Origin: Escherichia coli
GTDB lineage: Bacteria; Pseudomonadota; Gammaproteobacteria; Enterobacterales; Enterobacteriaceae
DNA: 64,000 bases
Direction: 5' to 3' (one strand)
Assembly (NCBI RefSeq): GCF_016026235.1
Contig: NZ_CP065613.1
The position numbers were made by a program, and so were the translations under genes. The notes below the pieces were generated by a model. The model was given only the letters and a program-made list of their open reading frames with translations. It had not been told where the DNA came from and ran no database searches. Positions 22,950-35,833 of the stretch are shown here, piece after piece. Position 1 is the stretch's first letter. The number at the start of each line of letters is the position of its first letter.

Positions 22950-25900
22950 ATGGCGAATTTCTTTATTGATCGCCCCATTTTTGCCTGGGTGCTGGCAATC
23001 CTGTTGTGTCTGACAGGTACCCTGGCGATTTTTTCATTGCCCGTTGAACAATACCCCGATCTCGCGCCACCGAATGTGCGAGTGACCGCTAACTATCCCG
23101 GCGCATCGGCCCAGACGCTGGAAAACACCGTGACCCAGGTTATCGAGCAAAATATGACCGGCCTCGATAATCTCATGTATATGTCATCTCAGAGCAGTGG
23201 CACCGGTCAGGCATCTGTCACTTTAAGTTTTAAAGCAGGCACCGATCCGGACGAAGCCGTGCAGCAAGTACAAAACCAGCTGCAATCAGCCATGCGAAAG
23301 TTACCGCAGGCGGTGCAAAATCAGGGCGTGACGGTGCGTAAAACCGGCGATACCAATATTCTGACCATTGCTTTCGTCTCTACCGATGGTTCGATGGATA
23401 AACAGGATATTGCCGATTATGTTGCCAGTAATATTCAGGACCCGTTAAGCCGCGTGAATGGCGTCGGGGATATCGATGCCTATGGTTCGCAATATTCCAT
23501 GCGTATCTGGCTGGACCCGGCGAAACTCAACAGTTTCCAGATGACGGCTAAAGATGTCACTGATGCCATTGAGTCACAGAACGCGCAGATTGCGGTTGGG
23601 CAACTTGGGGGTACACCTTCCGTCGATAAGCAGGCGCTCAACGCCACCATTAACGCCCAGTCACTGCTGCAAACACCAGAACAGTTCCGCGATATCACCT
23701 TGCGGGTGAATCAGGATGGCTCAGAGGTAAGGCTGGGCGATGTCGCCACCGTCGAAATGGGGGCGGAGAAATACGATTATCTTAGCCGCTTCAATGGTAA
23801 GCCAGCCTCCGGGTTGGGGGTAAAACTGGCCTCCGGCGCAAACGAAATGGCGACAGCGGAGCTGGTGCTCAATCGTCTCGACGAGCTGGCGCAGTACTTC
23901 CCGCACGGACTGGAATACAAGGTGGCGTATGAAACCACCTCGTTTGTTAAAGCCTCCATTGAAGACGTGGTGAAAACGCTGCTGGAAGTTATCGCCCTGG
24001 TTTTCCTCGTTATGTATCTGTTCCTGCAAAACTTCCGCGCCACGCTGATACCCACTATCGCCGTGCCGGTGGTGTTGATGGGAACCTTCTCCGTACTTTA
24101 CGCCTTCGGTTACAGCGTCAACACCTTAACCATGTTTGCGATGGTACTGGCGATCGGTCTGCTGGTGGATGACGCCATCGTGGTGGTGGAAAACGTCGAA
24201 CGTATTATGAGTGAGGAAGGACTCACTCCTCGCGAAGCCACACGTAAATCGATGGGGCAGATCCAGGGGGCACTGGTCGGGATTGCGATGGTGCTTTCGG
24301 CGGTATTTGTACCAATGGCCTTCTTCGGCGGCACCACCGGTGCCATCTATCGCCAGTTCTCTATTACCATTGTTGCGGCGATGGTGCTGTCAGTACTGGT
24401 AGCGATGATCCTCACTCCGGCTCTGTGTGCCACGCTACTTAAGCCACTGAAAAAAGGTGAGCATCACGGGCAAAAAGGCTTTTTTGCCTGGTTTAACCAG
24501 ATGTTTAACCGCAACGCCGAACGCTACGAAAAAGGGGTGGCGAAAATTCTCCACCGTAGCCTGCGCTGGATTGTGATTTATGTCCTGCTGCTTGGCGGCA
24601 TGGTGTTCCTGTTCCTGCGTTTGCCGACGTCGTTCTTACCGCTGGAAGACCGTGGCATGTTTACTACCTCGGTACAATTGCCCAGCGGTTCAACCCAACA
24701 ACAGACCCTGAAAGTCGTTGAGCAAATCGAGAAATATTACTTCACCCATGAAAAAGACAACATCATGTCGGTGTTTGCCACTGTTGGTTCTGGCCCCGGG
24801 GGTAACGGGCAAAACGTGGCGCGAATGTTTATCCGCCTGAAAGACTGGAGCGAACGCGACAGTAAGACCGGCACCTCATTTGCCATTATCGAGCGTGCAA
24901 CGAAGGCGTTTAACAAGATTAAAGAAGCTCGCGTTATCGCCAGCAGCCCGCCAGCAATTAGCGGTCTTGGTAGTTCTGCGGGTTTTGATATGGAGTTGCA
25001 GGACCACGCTGGAGCAGGTCACGATGCGCTGATGGCAGCACGTAACCAGTTGCTGGCGCTGGCGGCGGAAAACCCGGAGCTAACCCGTGTGCGCCATAAC
25101 GGCCTCGACGACAGTCCGCAGTTGCAGATTGATATCGACCAGCGTAAAGCTCAGGCGCTGGGCGTTGCTATCGACGATATTAACGACACACTGCAAACCG
25201 CCTGGGGTTCGAGCTATGTGAATGACTTTATGGATCGCGGTCGCGTGAAGAAAGTCTATGTGCAGGCAGCTGCGCCGTATCGCATGCTGCCAGATGACAT
25301 CAATCTCTGGTATGTCCGAAATAAAGATGGCGGCATGGTGCCCTTCTCTGCTTTCGCGACCTCACGCTGGGAAACAGGCTCGCCGCGTCTGGAACGCTAT
25401 AACGGTTATTCTGCGGTTGAGATTGTTGGGGAAGCCGCACCGGGGGTCAGTACCGGTACGGCGATGGATATTATGGAATCGTTAGTGAAGCAGTTGCCAA
25501 ACGGCTTTGGTCTGGAGTGGACGGCGATGTCGTATCAGGAGCGACTTTCCGGCGCGCAGGCTCCGGCGCTGTACGCCATTTCCTTGCTGGTGGTATTCCT
25601 GTGTCTGGCGGCGTTGTATGAAAGCTGGTCGGTGCCGTTCTCGGTAATGCTGGTCGTGCCGCTGGGGGTTATCGGCGCGCTGCTGGCAACCTGGATGCGC
25701 GGGCTGGAAAACGACGTTTACTTCCAGGTGGGCCTGTTAACGGTCATTGGTTTATCGGCGAAAAACGCCATCCTGATCGTCGAGTTTGCTAACGAGATGA
25801 ACCAAAAAGGCCACGACCTGTTTGAAGCGACGCTCCACGCCTGCCGTCAGCGTTTACGCCCGATTCTGATGACCTCGCTGGCATTTATCTTCGGCGTATT

Positions 25901-26063
25901 GCCAATGGCAACCAGCACGGGTGCCGGTTCCGGTGGTCAGCATGCGGTGGGTACTGGCGTAATGGGCGGGATGATTTCGGCCACTATTCTGGCTATTTAC
26001 TTCGTGCCGCTGTTCTTTGTACTGGTGCGCCGCCGCTTCCCGCTGAAGCCGCGCCCGGAATAA
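22950..26063 (+). CDS. acrD: RND-family multidrug efflux transporter AcrD
   Basis: 1037-aa ORF, AcrB/AcrD family. Confidence 0.92.
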   Translation: MANFFIDRPIFAWVLAILLCLTGTLAIFSLPVEQYPDLAPPNVRVTANYPGASAQTLENTVTQVIEQNMTGLDNLMYMSSQSSGTGQASVTLSFKAGTDPDEAVQQVQNQLQSAMRKLPQAVQNQGVTVRKTGDTNILTIAFVSTDGSMDKQDIADYVASNIQDPLSRVNGVGDIDAYGSQYSMRIWLDPAKLNSFQMTAKDVTDAIESQNAQIAVGQLGGTPSVDKQALNATINAQSLLQTPEQFRDITLRVNQDGSEVRLGDVATVEMGAEKYDYLSRFNGKPASGLGVKLASGANEMATAELVLNRLDELAQYFPHGLEYKVAYETTSFVKASIEDVVKTLLEVIALVFLVMYLFLQNFRATLIPTIAVPVVLMGTFSVLYAFGYSVNTLTMFAMVLAIGLLVDDAIVVVENVERIMSEEGLTPREATRKSMGQIQGALVGIAMVLSAVFVPMAFFGGTTGAIYRQFSITIVAAMVLSVLVAMILTPALCATLLKPLKKGEHHGQKGFFAWFNQMFNRNAERYEKGVAKILHRSLRWIVIYVLLLGGMVFLFLRLPTSFLPLEDRGMFTTSVQLPSGSTQQQTLKVVEQIEKYYFTHEKDNIMSVFATVGSGPGGNGQNVARMFIRLKDWSERDSKTGTSFAIIERATKAFNKIKEARVIASSPPAISGLGSSAGFDMELQDHAGAGHDALMAARNQLLALAAENPELTRVRHNGLDDSPQLQIDIDQRKAQALGVAIDDINDTLQTAWGSSYVNDFMDRGRVKKVYVQAAAPYRMLPDDINLWYVRNKDGGMVPFSAFATSRWETGSPRLERYNGYSAVEIVGEAAPGVSTGTAMDIMESLVKQLPNGFGLEWTAMSYQERLSGAQAPALYAISLLVVFLCLAALYESWSVPFSVMLVVPLGVIGALLATWMRGLENDVYFQVGLLTVIGLSAKNAILIVEFANEMNQKGHDLFEATLHACRQRLRPILMTSLAFIFGVLPMATSTGAGSGGQHAVGTGVMGGMISATILAIYFVPLFFVLVRRRFPLKPRPE

Positions 26064-26074
26064 GCAATAAAAAA

Positions 26075-26101
26075 GGCGACATGCTAATGTGTCGCCTTTT
26101 T
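26075..26101. terminator. Bidirectional rho-independent terminator between acrD and ypfM
   Basis: GGCGACA-N8-TGTCGCC hairpin followed by TTTTT on the plus strand and preceded by AAAAAAA (a T-run on the minus strand). Confidence 0.8.
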
Positions 26102-26161
26102 CAACTTTCCGATTAAGAACCTGCTCAGCGGGTTCTTGCTGTTTGTACTTTGTCTCAGGAA

Positions 26162-26221
26162 TTACTTACGAAGCATAACTTCGATAAAGTCTTTCCAGTT
26201 CCCCAGTTCACGTTCAATCAT
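26162..26221 (-). CDS. ypfM: Small protein YpfM (19 aa)
   Basis: Reverse strand reads ATG ATT GAA CGT GAA CTG GGG AAC TGG AAA GAC TTT ATC GAA GTT ATG CTT CGT AAG TAA (MIERELGNWKDFIEVMLRK); not in the ORF track because it is too short. Confidence 0.7.
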   Translation of the reverse strand: MIERELGNWKDFIEVMLRK

Positions 26222-26583
26222 AACAACCTCTCTTATAATTATGGGTATTCTACGGAAACAATATACCGTGGTGAAGCTAATTTACTCGATTGCTGCGATG
26301 ACTACCTCCGGGGGACAAACCTTATGTAAATACTATGGTCCTGCGGTGATAATTTGTATGTGATACACAGCAACATTTCGAGATATTCATACGGCATCTA
26401 ATACTGATTTAATTCTGGTTAAAATACAGACAGATAACAAGATGAATATTCTTAATGTTTACGTTAAAAATGTTTAATATTATTTAATAGTTGTTAATTT
26501 GAATACTTCGATAATGTTATATTTCCTGATAATCATTTGCAGGCAAAATGTTTTCACCCTTAAATGAGTATTTATTCTCATAG

Positions 26584-26958
<375 letters not shown>

Positions 26959-26961
26959 TCT

Positions 26962-28089
26962 ATGTCGTGCCCGGTTATTGAGCTGACACAACAGCTTATT
27001 CGCCGCCCTTCCCTGAGTCCTGATGACGCAGGATGCCAGGCTTTGTTGATTGAACGTTTGCAGGCGATCGGTTTTACCGTTGAACGCATGGATTTTGCCG
27101 ATACGCAGAATTTTTGGGCATGGCGTGGGCAAGGTGAAACGTTGGCCTTTGCCGGGCATACCGACGTGGTGCCGCCTGGCGACGCCGACCGTTGGATCAA
27201 TCCGCCGTTTGAACCGACCATTCGTGATGGCATGTTATTCGGGCGCGGTGCGGCAGATATGAAAGGCTCGCTGGCGGCGATGGTGGTAGCGGCAGAACGC
27301 TTTGTCGCACAACATCCCAACCATACGGGGCGACTGGCATTTCTGATCACCTCTGATGAAGAAGCCAGTGCACACAACGGTACGGTAAAAGTCGTCGAAG
27401 CGTTAATGGCACGTAATGAGCGTCTCGATTACTGCCTGGTCGGCGAACCGTCGAGTATCGAAGTGGTAGGTGATGTGGTGAAAAATGGTCGTCGCGGATC
27501 GTTAACCTGCAACCTCACCATTCATGGCGTTCAGGGGCATGTTGCCTACCCGCATCTGGCTGACAATCCGGTACATCGCGCAGCACCTTTCCTTAATGAA
27601 TTAGTGGCTATTGAGTGGGATCAGGGCAATGAATTTTTCCCGGCGACCAGTATGCAGATTGCTAATATTCAGGCGGGAACGGGCAGTAACAATGTTATTC
27701 CGGGTGAACTGTTTGTGCAGTTTAACTTCCGCTTCAGCACCGAACTGACTGATGAGATGATCAAAGCGCAGGTGCTTGCCCTGCTTGAAAAACATCAACT
27801 GCGCTATACGGTGGATTGGTGGCTTTCCGGGCAGCCATTTTTGACCGCGCGCGGTAAACTGGTGGATGCGGTCGTTAACGCGGTTGAGCACTATAATGAA
27901 ATTAAACCGCAGCTACTGGCCACAGGCGGAACGTCCGACGGGCGCTTTATTGCTCGCATGGGGGCGCAGGTGGTGGAACTCGGGCCGGTCAATGCCACTA
28001 TTCATAAAATTAATGAATGTGTGAACGCTGCCGACCTGCAGCTACTTGCCCGTATGTATCAACGTATCATGGAACAGCTCGTCGCGTGA
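26962..28089 (+). CDS. dapE: Succinyl-diaminopimelate desuccinylase DapE
   Basis: 375-aa ORF, M20 peptidase family ([16 protein letters not shown] motifs). Confidence 0.92.
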   Translation: MSCPVIELTQQLIRRPSLSPDDAGCQALLIERLQAIGFTVERMDFADTQNFWAWRGQGETLAFAGHTDVVPPGDADRWINPPFEPTIRDGMLFGRGAADMKGSLAAMVVAAERFVAQHPNHTGRLAFLITSDEEASAHNGTVKVVEALMARNERLDYCLVGEPSSIEVVGDVVKNGRRGSLTCNLTIHGVQGHVAYPHLADNPVHRAAPFLNELVAIEWDQGNEFFPATSMQIANIQAGTGSNNVIPGELFVQFNFRFSTELTDEMIKAQVLALLEKHQLRYTVDWWLSGQPFLTARGKLVDAVVNAVEHYNEIKPQLLATGGTSDGRFIARMGAQVVELGPVNATIHKINECVNAADLQLLARMYQRIMEQLVA

Positions 28090-28116
28090 TGAGTGGTTCT
28101 GCAAGAGGAAATAAGC

Positions 28117-28317
28117 ATGGACTGGCTGGCTAAATATTGGTGGATTCTGGTGATTGTCTTTTTGGTAGGCGTCCTGCTGAACGTGATTAAAGATCTCAAG
28201 CGCGTCGACCATAAGAAATTTCTCGCCAACAAGCCGGAGCTTCCCCCGCATCGTGATTTCAACGATAAGTGGGACGATGACGACGACTGGCCGAAAAAGG
28301 ATCAACCGAAGAAGTAA
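28117..28317 (+). CDS. ypfN: Small membrane protein YpfN
   Basis: ORF track 28093..28317; start at [21 protein letters not shown] gives 66 aa. Confidence 0.75.
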
Positions 28318-28332
28318 GCTGAGTGCTCAACC

Positions 28333-28412
28333 GTAGGCCGGATAAGGCGTTAACGCCGCATCCGGCAATGGTGAACGATGCCTGATGCGACGCTCACGCG
28401 TCTTATCAGGCC
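28333..28412. repeat. Pair of REP palindromes (BIME)
   Basis: GTAGGCCGGATAAGGCGTTAACGCCGCATCCGGCA and GCCTGATGCGACGCTCACGCGTCTTATCAGGCC. Confidence 0.85.
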
Positions 28413-28426
28413 AGGTAATCTGTCTT

Positions 28427-29125
28427 TTACATCATTTCAATCACATCATCATCGCCAGGCTTACCGCCACTTAGCGCTTCGTCGAAATAATGTTTCGGAA
28501 TGGTATAACGCAAGTGATCCAGGGCAAATTGCATACTGCGATTGTCGATCGCATGGCCTAAATCCTCCACGATATCCAGCGTCACGTCACCACCGGCACT
28601 GATTAATGCTTCCTGCGCCGCAACCGCATGCGCCAGATCGATAACCGGATCTTCACCACCATGAATCAAGTGAATTGTCGTGGCTGTAGACGCGGTTTCC
28701 GGCAGGCTCGCATAGCGTCCGTTAAAGGCAATGACGCGCGAAGCAAGGCCCGGTTCGGCTTTAATGCTCTCCAGCGCCATAATCGCGCCTTGTGAGAAAC
28801 CAATTAGCGCCGTGGCGTTAGCCCCTACTCCGCTCTGTTTCTGCCAGTAGCGTACCGTCTCAATAAACGTCGGCATGATCGCATCCACACGCGCCTGGCG
28901 ATTATCTTCCGTAATACCCTGCACCGAAAACCACTGACGCCCCGCCGGATTACCGCTCGGCTCCGCGCCTCCGACACTCACCACCAGCGCATCAGGAAAT
29001 AGCGGCGCAAACCAGCTGCCTATTTCCCCCATTGCCACCGGGTTATCCCCGACACCGTGGAAAAGCAGTAACAACTGTTGCGCAGGTTTATCCGGGCTTT
29101 GAACAACAAAATGGTCATGTTTCAT
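28427..29125 (-). CDS. ypfH: Alpha/beta-hydrolase (esterase) YpfH
   Basis: ORF track 28427..29149; start at MKHDHFVVQ gives 232 aa; GFSQGA nucleophile elbow. Confidence 0.85.
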   Translation of the reverse strand: MKHDHFVVQSPDKPAQQLLLLFHGVGDNPVAMGEIGSWFAPLFPDALVVSVGGAEPSGNPAGRQWFSVQGITEDNRQARVDAIMPTFIETVRYWQKQSGVGANATALIGFSQGAIMALESIKAEPGLASRVIAFNGRYASLPETASTATTIHLIHGGEDPVIDLAHAVAAQEALISAGGDVTLDIVEDLGHAIDNRSMQFALDHLRYTIPKHYFDEALSGGKPGDDDVIEMM

Positions 29126-29198
29126 GGCGAACTCCTTAACTGATGTCATTAATTTTACGCCGCTGACTCACAATGACCATGGGAGAAAATTGAAGGAG

Positions 29199-31214
29199 TC
29201 AGTGAAAAAATTGCCATTGCGTTATGCGATCGCGCAGACGCTCAGTGCGAACATCATTAAGTGCGAACAGCGCCTGCGCGGCCTCTTCCCGCTGACGGAC
29301 CAGTAACATCTTGCGGCCTGAAAGTTTAAGTGTGGTACATAACTGCGCGTCGCTGACGTTTTTCTGTAAACGCCCACGCAGCGCCGGTAATGCCAGTTCA
29401 CTGGTTTGTAGCAGACGCAATAAGCAACCTAACGATGTTAATAGCGGACGATGAGCGAAAGCAAAACCGGCCAGTTCAAGCCAGTCGTCGTCAGAAAGGA
29501 CGGCATCGTTTAGTGGATCAACAGGAAGCGTTTCGCCATTCCACTTTGCGAGAGCTTGCGCATCGCGACGTAAACGGTAATGCTCACGTTCAGCCAGCTG
29601 TTTACCCGCATCACTCGTCGGTAACAGCGCCATCGCCGTATAGCAACCGCTGCTGGCTTCACGATGATTACCCATTCGCACCAGCACAAAACCGCAGCGT
29701 TGCCAGAAACGCCATAACTCCCCGGTGTAACCAAAACTCACCGAAAGATAGTCGAGGTCATGCGTATATTGCAAAGCACCAGCAATAAGTTGCTGCCCTG
29801 TGCCTTCGCGCTGACGCGCCGGATGAACTGCTATCCGGCTGACCCGCCGTCCGCGCAATGTCGCCGCCAGTGGATTGCTGCCGTGCGCCGCCAGCGACTG
29901 GGCCACCAGATTACCCCGCGGGCGACGAAAACCCGCCCATACCGCCTGACTGAGTTCTTGAGATAATCCACCCTCATCCACCAGCCACAGCGCTCCGGCA
30001 ATCTCGTTTTCGCCAGCCGCCTGTAAAAAATGTTGCCCTGGTGCATCCATCATGCGGCGTAAATCCAGTGGCGAAGTCCGGTAGTGCGCACCAGACAATA
30101 ACTGATAAACCTTTAACGGCGTTTCTGGCTCGATTCGCCATAACGTCTGTTCAAATGCGGAAATGACGATATTGCCTTGTGGTGTATGGGTGAAGTTTTC
30201 ATCGCCAAAAACCAGTGCCTCGCTGACCATTTTCTCCAGCGGGCATCCCTGCGCCCAGCGGATCGGTTGTTGCAGTTCAAAACGGTGTAAATGCGGAAAG
30301 CGAGCGCAAAATTTCAGCAAAAAACCACGTCCGGTGCCTTCGTAGCCCTGCACCGTAGTGGTTAACAACGTTCGAGGAAAACGCGATACCAGTTGATGCA
30401 ACAACGGCGCAGGTATGGCTGCGGCTTCGTCGACCACCAGCCAGTCGGCTTGCTCATCGCTGGCTAACAAGGCATCCGGCGCAATAAAGCGAAACTTCTC
30501 GCCCGCAAATTGTGCCAGTACATCCGTTGCCGCTTTTGCGGGCGCGGTGACAATCGCACTGCCCGCAATACGAGAAATGAGTTGCCCTGCCAACGCCGAC
30601 TTACCGCGCCCACGCGCAGCAGTTACCGCTGCCACGCCCGACGGCATGGTCAGTAGCTGCTGTAAGAGTTGCTGTTGTTCTGGTTGTGGTGCGCCGGTCG
30701 CGGGGTGCCAGTCAGTACGGGGAGTAAAATGCGCCAACGAGAACGGCTGGTTTTGCCGCCAGAGGATAGCGTCGTTATCCGCCGTAAGTACGCGTTTGAA
30801 ATGCTGGACAAAATGCGGCGTCGCAATAGGGTCAGGGCAATCACTCCAGCGCAGCGAGTCGGCATCAGGTTGGTTTTCCCACTCTTCCCATACAGGGAGT
30901 AACAAAACCAGCCAGCTTCCCGCTTTCAACGTTCCGCTAAGTGCGGCAAAGGCAGCGGCATCAAAGCCGTGGCGGGCGTCGAAAACCGCATGCCGGAACT
31001 CGCGCCCAAGTAAAGTTTGTAGTGCCGAGGGAGAACAGTGGTTTTCAGCATCTGGCTGCGGCGAAATCCACAGCCAGTCGCCAGGTAAGGCATCACGTAA
31101 CTTAAGCGCATGATCAAAACACCAACCCTCTTCCCCGCTCAACACCAGCAAGCGGCGGATCCCTTCACGTTTCATTTGCGCTGTTAATGTGTGAAGCGCA
31201 GTCAGTTCAGCCAT
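29199..31214 (-). CDS. tmcA: tRNA(Met) cytidine acetyltransferase TmcA
   Basis: 671-aa ORF with a Walker A motif (ARGRGKS) and a GNAT-like C-terminal half. Confidence 0.88.
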   Translation of the reverse strand: MAELTALHTLTAQMKREGIRRLLVLSGEEGWCFDHALKLRDALPGDWLWISPQPDAENHCSPSALQTLLGREFRHAVFDARHGFDAAAFAALSGTLKAGSWLVLLLPVWEEWENQPDADSLRWSDCPDPIATPHFVQHFKRVLTADNDAILWRQNQPFSLAHFTPRTDWHPATGAPQPEQQQLLQQLLTMPSGVAAVTAARGRGKSALAGQLISRIAGSAIVTAPAKAATDVLAQFAGEKFRFIAPDALLASDEQADWLVVDEAAAIPAPLLHQLVSRFPRTLLTTTVQGYEGTGRGFLLKFCARFPHLHRFELQQPIRWAQGCPLEKMVSEALVFGDENFTHTPQGNIVISAFEQTLWRIEPETPLKVYQLLSGAHYRTSPLDLRRMMDAPGQHFLQAAGENEIAGALWLVDEGGLSQELSQAVWAGFRRPRGNLVAQSLAAHGSNPLAATLRGRRVSRIAVHPARQREGTGQQLIAGALQYTHDLDYLSVSFGYTGELWRFWQRCGFVLVRMGNHREASSGCYTAMALLPTSDAGKQLAEREHYRLRRDAQALAKWNGETLPVDPLNDAVLSDDDWLELAGFAFAHRPLLTSLGCLLRLLQTSELALPALRGRLQKNVSDAQLCTTLKLSGRKMLLVRQREEAAQALFALNDVRTERLRDRITQWQFFH

Positions 31215-31228
31215 CCCTGCCCCGGAAG

Positions 31229-32092
31229 TTAAATGCTTTTACCAAAAGTATTGCATTGTGCCGGATCGCCGCTGTCGAAACCACGTTTAAACCAGCTGTA
31301 GCGTTGCTGAGAAGTGCCATGAGTGAAACTGTCTGGTACTACTCGCCCCTGACTTTGCTGTTGTAAACGGTCATCGCCGATGGCCTGCGCCGCGTTCAGC
31401 GCCTCTTCCAGATCGCCGGTTTCCAGAACGCCTTGCTGCTGCATACTATGCCCCCAGACACCGGCAAAACAGTCGGCCTGGAGTTCCATACGCACAGATA
31501 AGCGGTTCACTTCCGCCTGCGTCGCGTTTTGTTGCAGTTGACGAACTTTCGGCTCGATGCCTAACAGTTTCTGCACATGATGACCGACTTCATGGGCGAT
31601 AACGTACCCTTGGGCAAAATCGCCATCCGCGCCAAGTTTGTCTTTCATGTCATCATAGAAGGAGAGATCGATATAAACCGTGCCATCCGCCGGGCAATAG
31701 AACGGCCCCATTATGGACTGGCCCGCCCCGCATCCGGTACGCGTCATTCCACGGTACATGACCAGCTTCGGTTGCTGATAGGTCTTACCCATCTTCTCGA
31801 ACTGTTGTCCCCAGGTGTCTTCCGTGGTTGCCAGAATCACCGAGGTGAATTTTGCGGCTTCGTCTTCATTTGGGCTAATTGATCGCGTTGATTGCTGTTG
31901 AGAAACCGGCTGCCCGGTCATCAACCCGGTTAAATCAACGCCATAGTAGCCTGCAACCAGCACGACTATCAGTAAAATCAGCCCGCCTTTACCGCTCGGC
32001 AGACGGAAACCGGGACCGCCCATTGACGGACCACCGGAGCTATTGCGCCTGTCTTCAACATTGTCACTTTCACGTCGCCCTTGCCAACGCAT
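31229..32092 (-). CDS. ypfJ: Putative zinc metalloprotease-like protein YpfJ
   Basis: 287-aa ORF with an HEVGHH zinc-binding motif and an N-terminal transmembrane segment. Confidence 0.85.
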
Positions 32093-32259
32093 AGATACCT
32101 CAACAATATATTCATTATAGAAATGATCGTAGGTGGTTCAGAGGAAGATTACCACAGGAAAGCGGGATGAAATGGCGGAGGAATGAGCGTTCAATGCACA
32201 TCTTACGAGAATGGTTGTCTTGCCGTGCCAGCAGCACGGCAAGATGATGAACAGAAAAA

Positions 32260-32973
32260 TCAGTCCAGCTGTACACCCAGGCGGCGGGCGACGGCTTCAT
32301 AGGCTTCGATCAGGCCACCGAGGCTCTGGCGGAAACGGTCTTTGTCCATTTTCTCCAGCGTTTCTTTGTCCCACAGGCGGCTACCGTCCGGGGAGAACTC
32401 ATCACCCAGTACCACTTCGCCTTTGTACAGACCAAATTCCAGCTTGAAGTCGACCAGAATCAGACCAGCATCATCGAACAGTTTTTTCAGCACGTCGTTC
32501 GCTTTGTAGGTCAGCTCTTTCATACGCGCCAGGTTCTCTTTGCTCACCCAGCCAAAGGTTTCGCAGTAAGATTCGTTGACCATCGGATCGTGCATGGCGT
32601 CGTTTTTCAAGAACAGATCGAACAGCGGCGGGTTCAGCTCAATACCTTCTTCGATTCCAAGACGTTTCACCAGAGAGCCCGCAGCACGGTTACGCACGAC
32701 ACACTCAACCGGTACCATATCCAGCTTTTTCACCAGACATTCGGTATCGGAGAGCAGACGCTCCATTTGAGTCGGGATACCCGCTTCAGCCAGTTTGCTC
32801 ATAATGAAGTAGTTGAACTTGTTGTTCACCATACCTTTGCGATCAAACTGCTCAATGCGCGCGCCATCCCCTGCTGACGTATCATTGCGGAATTCGAGCA
32901 CCAACAGGTCCGGGTTTTCCGTGCTGTATACGGTTTTCGCTTTACCACGATACAACTCAGCTTGCTTTTGCAT
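32260..32973 (-). CDS. purC: SAICAR synthetase PurC
   Basis: ORF track 32260..32982; start at [16 protein letters not shown] gives 237 aa. Confidence 0.92.
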
Positions 32974-33024
32974 CTTTATCACTCCTGGGTGTGAATTAAC
33001 GTTTTAAAATCTTTTGCTGTCTGG

Positions 33025-33082
<58 letters not shown>

Positions 33083-33185
33083 ACAAATTTCGTGCGAATT
33101 ACCGCTAAAATCGCGTTTTCCTGCCGACGCACACGTTTGCGTATCATATCAGAAAAAAGGGCCGGATGATTCCAGCCCTGTATTT

Positions 33186-34220
33186 TTACTTGCTAAACGC
33201 AGCCTGGAAGACAGCTACCAGCGCGTCGTTCTGACTCTGAGTCAGAGTATGACCTTTCGGATCGATGAACTGTAGGCTGCTGCGGTTATCTAAATCGCCA
33301 ACCTGCAGTTTATAGTCACCGGATGCCAGGCCTGGATCGCTCGCGCCCAGTTCCTGCCAGTCGCTGTCAGACAGCGGCTTATAAGTTACGGCCATGTTGC
33401 CCTGCGAACGGGTGCTGTCGGTCACTTTCATGCCCACTTTTTCCAGCGCCGCTGGCAGACGTTGCCAAACCACATTGAACGGCCCGCGTACGACCAGCAT
33501 TGGTAAACCGGTGTCATCAGCTGCACTTTGTACGTCCATAGTGGTGGAGGCACGATTTTGCGCAGCGTTCGCGGCGTCAGTGGCAGATTTATCCAGACCA
33601 GCGGAAATAACGTTCATCATCTCCGTGCTGTAACGCTGCATGGAAGCCGCGTCTGCAACCGGTTTGCCCGCCTGTTCCAGGTTCAGCAGTTTAACCGTAA
33701 CCGCCTGCTGATAACCCTGCGGCTTAACAGAGATTTGATAACGACCACGATACTGCTCGTCTTCGTCCAGACGGTTCCATTGTACCCAATCGGTGGTCAG
33801 TGTCTGACCAGCATCATCACGTTGGGTGATGGTGTAGTTTTTCGCCTGCAGCACGCTAACCACCTGCGGCCACAGAGTATTGCCACGACCATTTTCCACC
33901 AGCAATGAAGCGGTATCGCCCGTGAACTGGGTACGCGCGCCAGAAACCAGTGCCAGCGGCTGGGCTGGTGGACGAATGTCCAGCGCCTTACCGACAGCAC
34001 CACTACCGTTGGTCACCGGGATTGCATAATCACCGGAGGTCACCGGCAAAATCATTCCAGCCGGGGCATGAAGCTCCGCAAGCGGTGCCGCTTCCAGGTA
34101 GGCTTCATCACCACTGACCTGACGCTTATAGCGTGAGTCAGAACTACAGGCAGCGAGTAATAAAACAAGCGAAACACCCGCAACCTTTGCCAGGCGCGAC
34201 TTTTGAACAGAGTAAGCCAT
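33186..34220 (-). CDS. bamC: Outer-membrane assembly lipoprotein BamC (NlpB)
   Basis: 344-aa ORF with lipobox LLAACSS. Confidence 0.9.
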
Positions 34221-34236
34221 CAAATCTCCCTAAACT

Positions 34237-35115
34237 TTACAGCAAACCGGCATGCTTAAGCGCCGCTCTGACCGTCTCACGACCACTGTCGGTGATTGGT
34301 GTCATTGGCAGGCGCAGCGTATCGGTCGCCACAAGACCCAGTTCCTTACATGCCCATTTCACCGGGATTGGATTGGGTTCGACAAATAGTTTGTTGTGTA
34401 ATGGCATCAGACGCTGATTAATAACGCGTGCCTCGGCAAAATGCCCTTCTGCTGCCAGTTTGCACATCTGGGCCATATCACGCGCTGCGACGTTAGCCGT
34501 AACGGAAATAACCCCATGACCGCCTAATTGCATGAAGTCCAGCGCGCTCGCATCATCGCCGCTCAGCAGAACAAAATCATCTGAAACCAGCTCTTTGATC
34601 TGGTTTACACGCGTTAAGTTCCCTGTTGCCTCTTTGATTCCGATAATATTTTTTACTTTCGCCAGACGGCCCACCGTTTCCGGGAGCAGATCGCAGCCAG
34701 TACGGGACGGCACATTATACAGAATTTGCGGCAGGTCAGTATGCTCAGCGATGGCTTTGAAATGCTGATACAAACCTTCTTGCGACGGACGATTGTAGTA
34801 AGGGGTTACCGTCAGGCAGCCGACGATACCACTGTCATTGAAGCGCTGCGTCAGGCTAATGGCTTCCGCAGTAGCGTTAGCACCGGTCCCGGCAATCACC
34901 GGAATGCGCCCGTCAGCCAGCTCCAGCGTCATCATCACCACATCAGCATGTTCGTCATGATTTAAGGTAGCGGACTCGCCAGTGGTGCCAACAGAAACGA
35001 TCGCCGAAGTACCGCTGGCGACATGATAATCAATCAGTTTTTTCAAGCTAGCCCGACAGACATTACCTTTTTCATCCATCGGAGTAACAATCGCGACAAT
35101 ACTTCCCGTGAACAT
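34237..35115 (-). CDS. dapA: 4-hydroxy-tetrahydrodipicolinate synthase DapA
   Basis: ORF track 34237..35133; start at [17 protein letters not shown] gives 292 aa. Confidence 0.92.
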   Translation of the reverse strand: MFTGSIVAIVTPMDEKGNVCRASLKKLIDYHVASGTSAIVSVGTTGESATLNHDEHADVVMMTLELADGRIPVIAGTGANATAEAISLTQRFNDSGIVGCLTVTPYYNRPSQEGLYQHFKAIAEHTDLPQILYNVPSRTGCDLLPETVGRLAKVKNIIGIKEATGNLTRVNQIKELVSDDFVLLSGDDASALDFMQLGGHGVISVTANVAARDMAQMCKLAAEGHFAEARVINQRLMPLHNKLFVEPNPIPVKWACKELGLVATDTLRLPMTPITDSGRETVRAALKHAGLL

Positions 35116-35260
35116 GGGCCATCCTCTGTGCAAACAAGTGTCTCAATGGTACGTTTGGTATGGCATTAAAAGCAAGCAGACAGAACCGTTCTGATTGTTG
35201 TATGCATGTTTTTTTTATGCTTTCCTTAAGAACAACTCACCCCTTAAAGGAATAACCAGT

Positions 35261-35833
35261 TTGACACTGTCATCGCAACATTATCTGGTGATCACTGCGT
35301 TGGGTGCCGATCGCCCTGGAATTGTGAACACCATCACCCGTCATGTCAGTAGTTGCGGCTGTAATATTGAAGACAGTCGCCTGGCGATGCTGGGAGAAGA
35401 GTTCACGTTTATCATGCTGCTTTCCGGTTCATGGAATGCCATCACTCTGATTGAATCAACGTTACCGTTGAAAGGTGCCGAACTGGATCTTTTAATCGTG
35501 ATGAAGCGCACGACGGCGCGTCCGCGTCCGCCAATGCCAGCATCTGTCTGGGTTCAGGTCGATGTGGCAGACTCCCCGCATTTAATTGAACGCTTCACAG
35601 CACTTTTCGACGCGCATCATATGAACATTGCGGAGCTGGTGTCGCGCACGCAACCTGCTGAAAATGAACGGGCTGCGCAGTTGCATATTCAGATAACCGC
35701 CCACAGCCCCGCATCTGCGGACGCAGCAAATATTGAGCAAGCGTTCAAAGCCCTATGTACAGAACTCAATGCACAAGGCAGTATTAACGTCGTCAATTAT
35801 TCCCAACATGATGAACAGGATGGAGTTAAGTAA
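35261..35833 (+). CDS. gcvR: Glycine cleavage system transcriptional repressor GcvR
   Basis: ORF track 35195..35833; probable TTG start at 35261 (MTLSSQHYLVITALGADRPG) gives 190 aa; tandem ACT-like domains. Confidence 0.8.
   Translation: MTLSSQHYLVITALGADRPGIVNTITRHVSSCGCNIEDSRLAMLGEEFTFIMLLSGSWNAITLIESTLPLKGAELDLLIVMKRTTARPRPPMPASVWVQVDVADSPHLIERFTALFDAHHMNIAELVSRTQPAENERAAQLHIQITAHSPASADAANIEQAFKALCTELNAQGSINVVNYSQHDEQDGVK

Noticed and set aside
26136-26363. Plus-strand 75-aa ORF overlapping ypfM
   Set aside because: AT-rich intergenic sequence with implausible composition; the minus-strand 19-codon ypfM with its own terminator explains the locus
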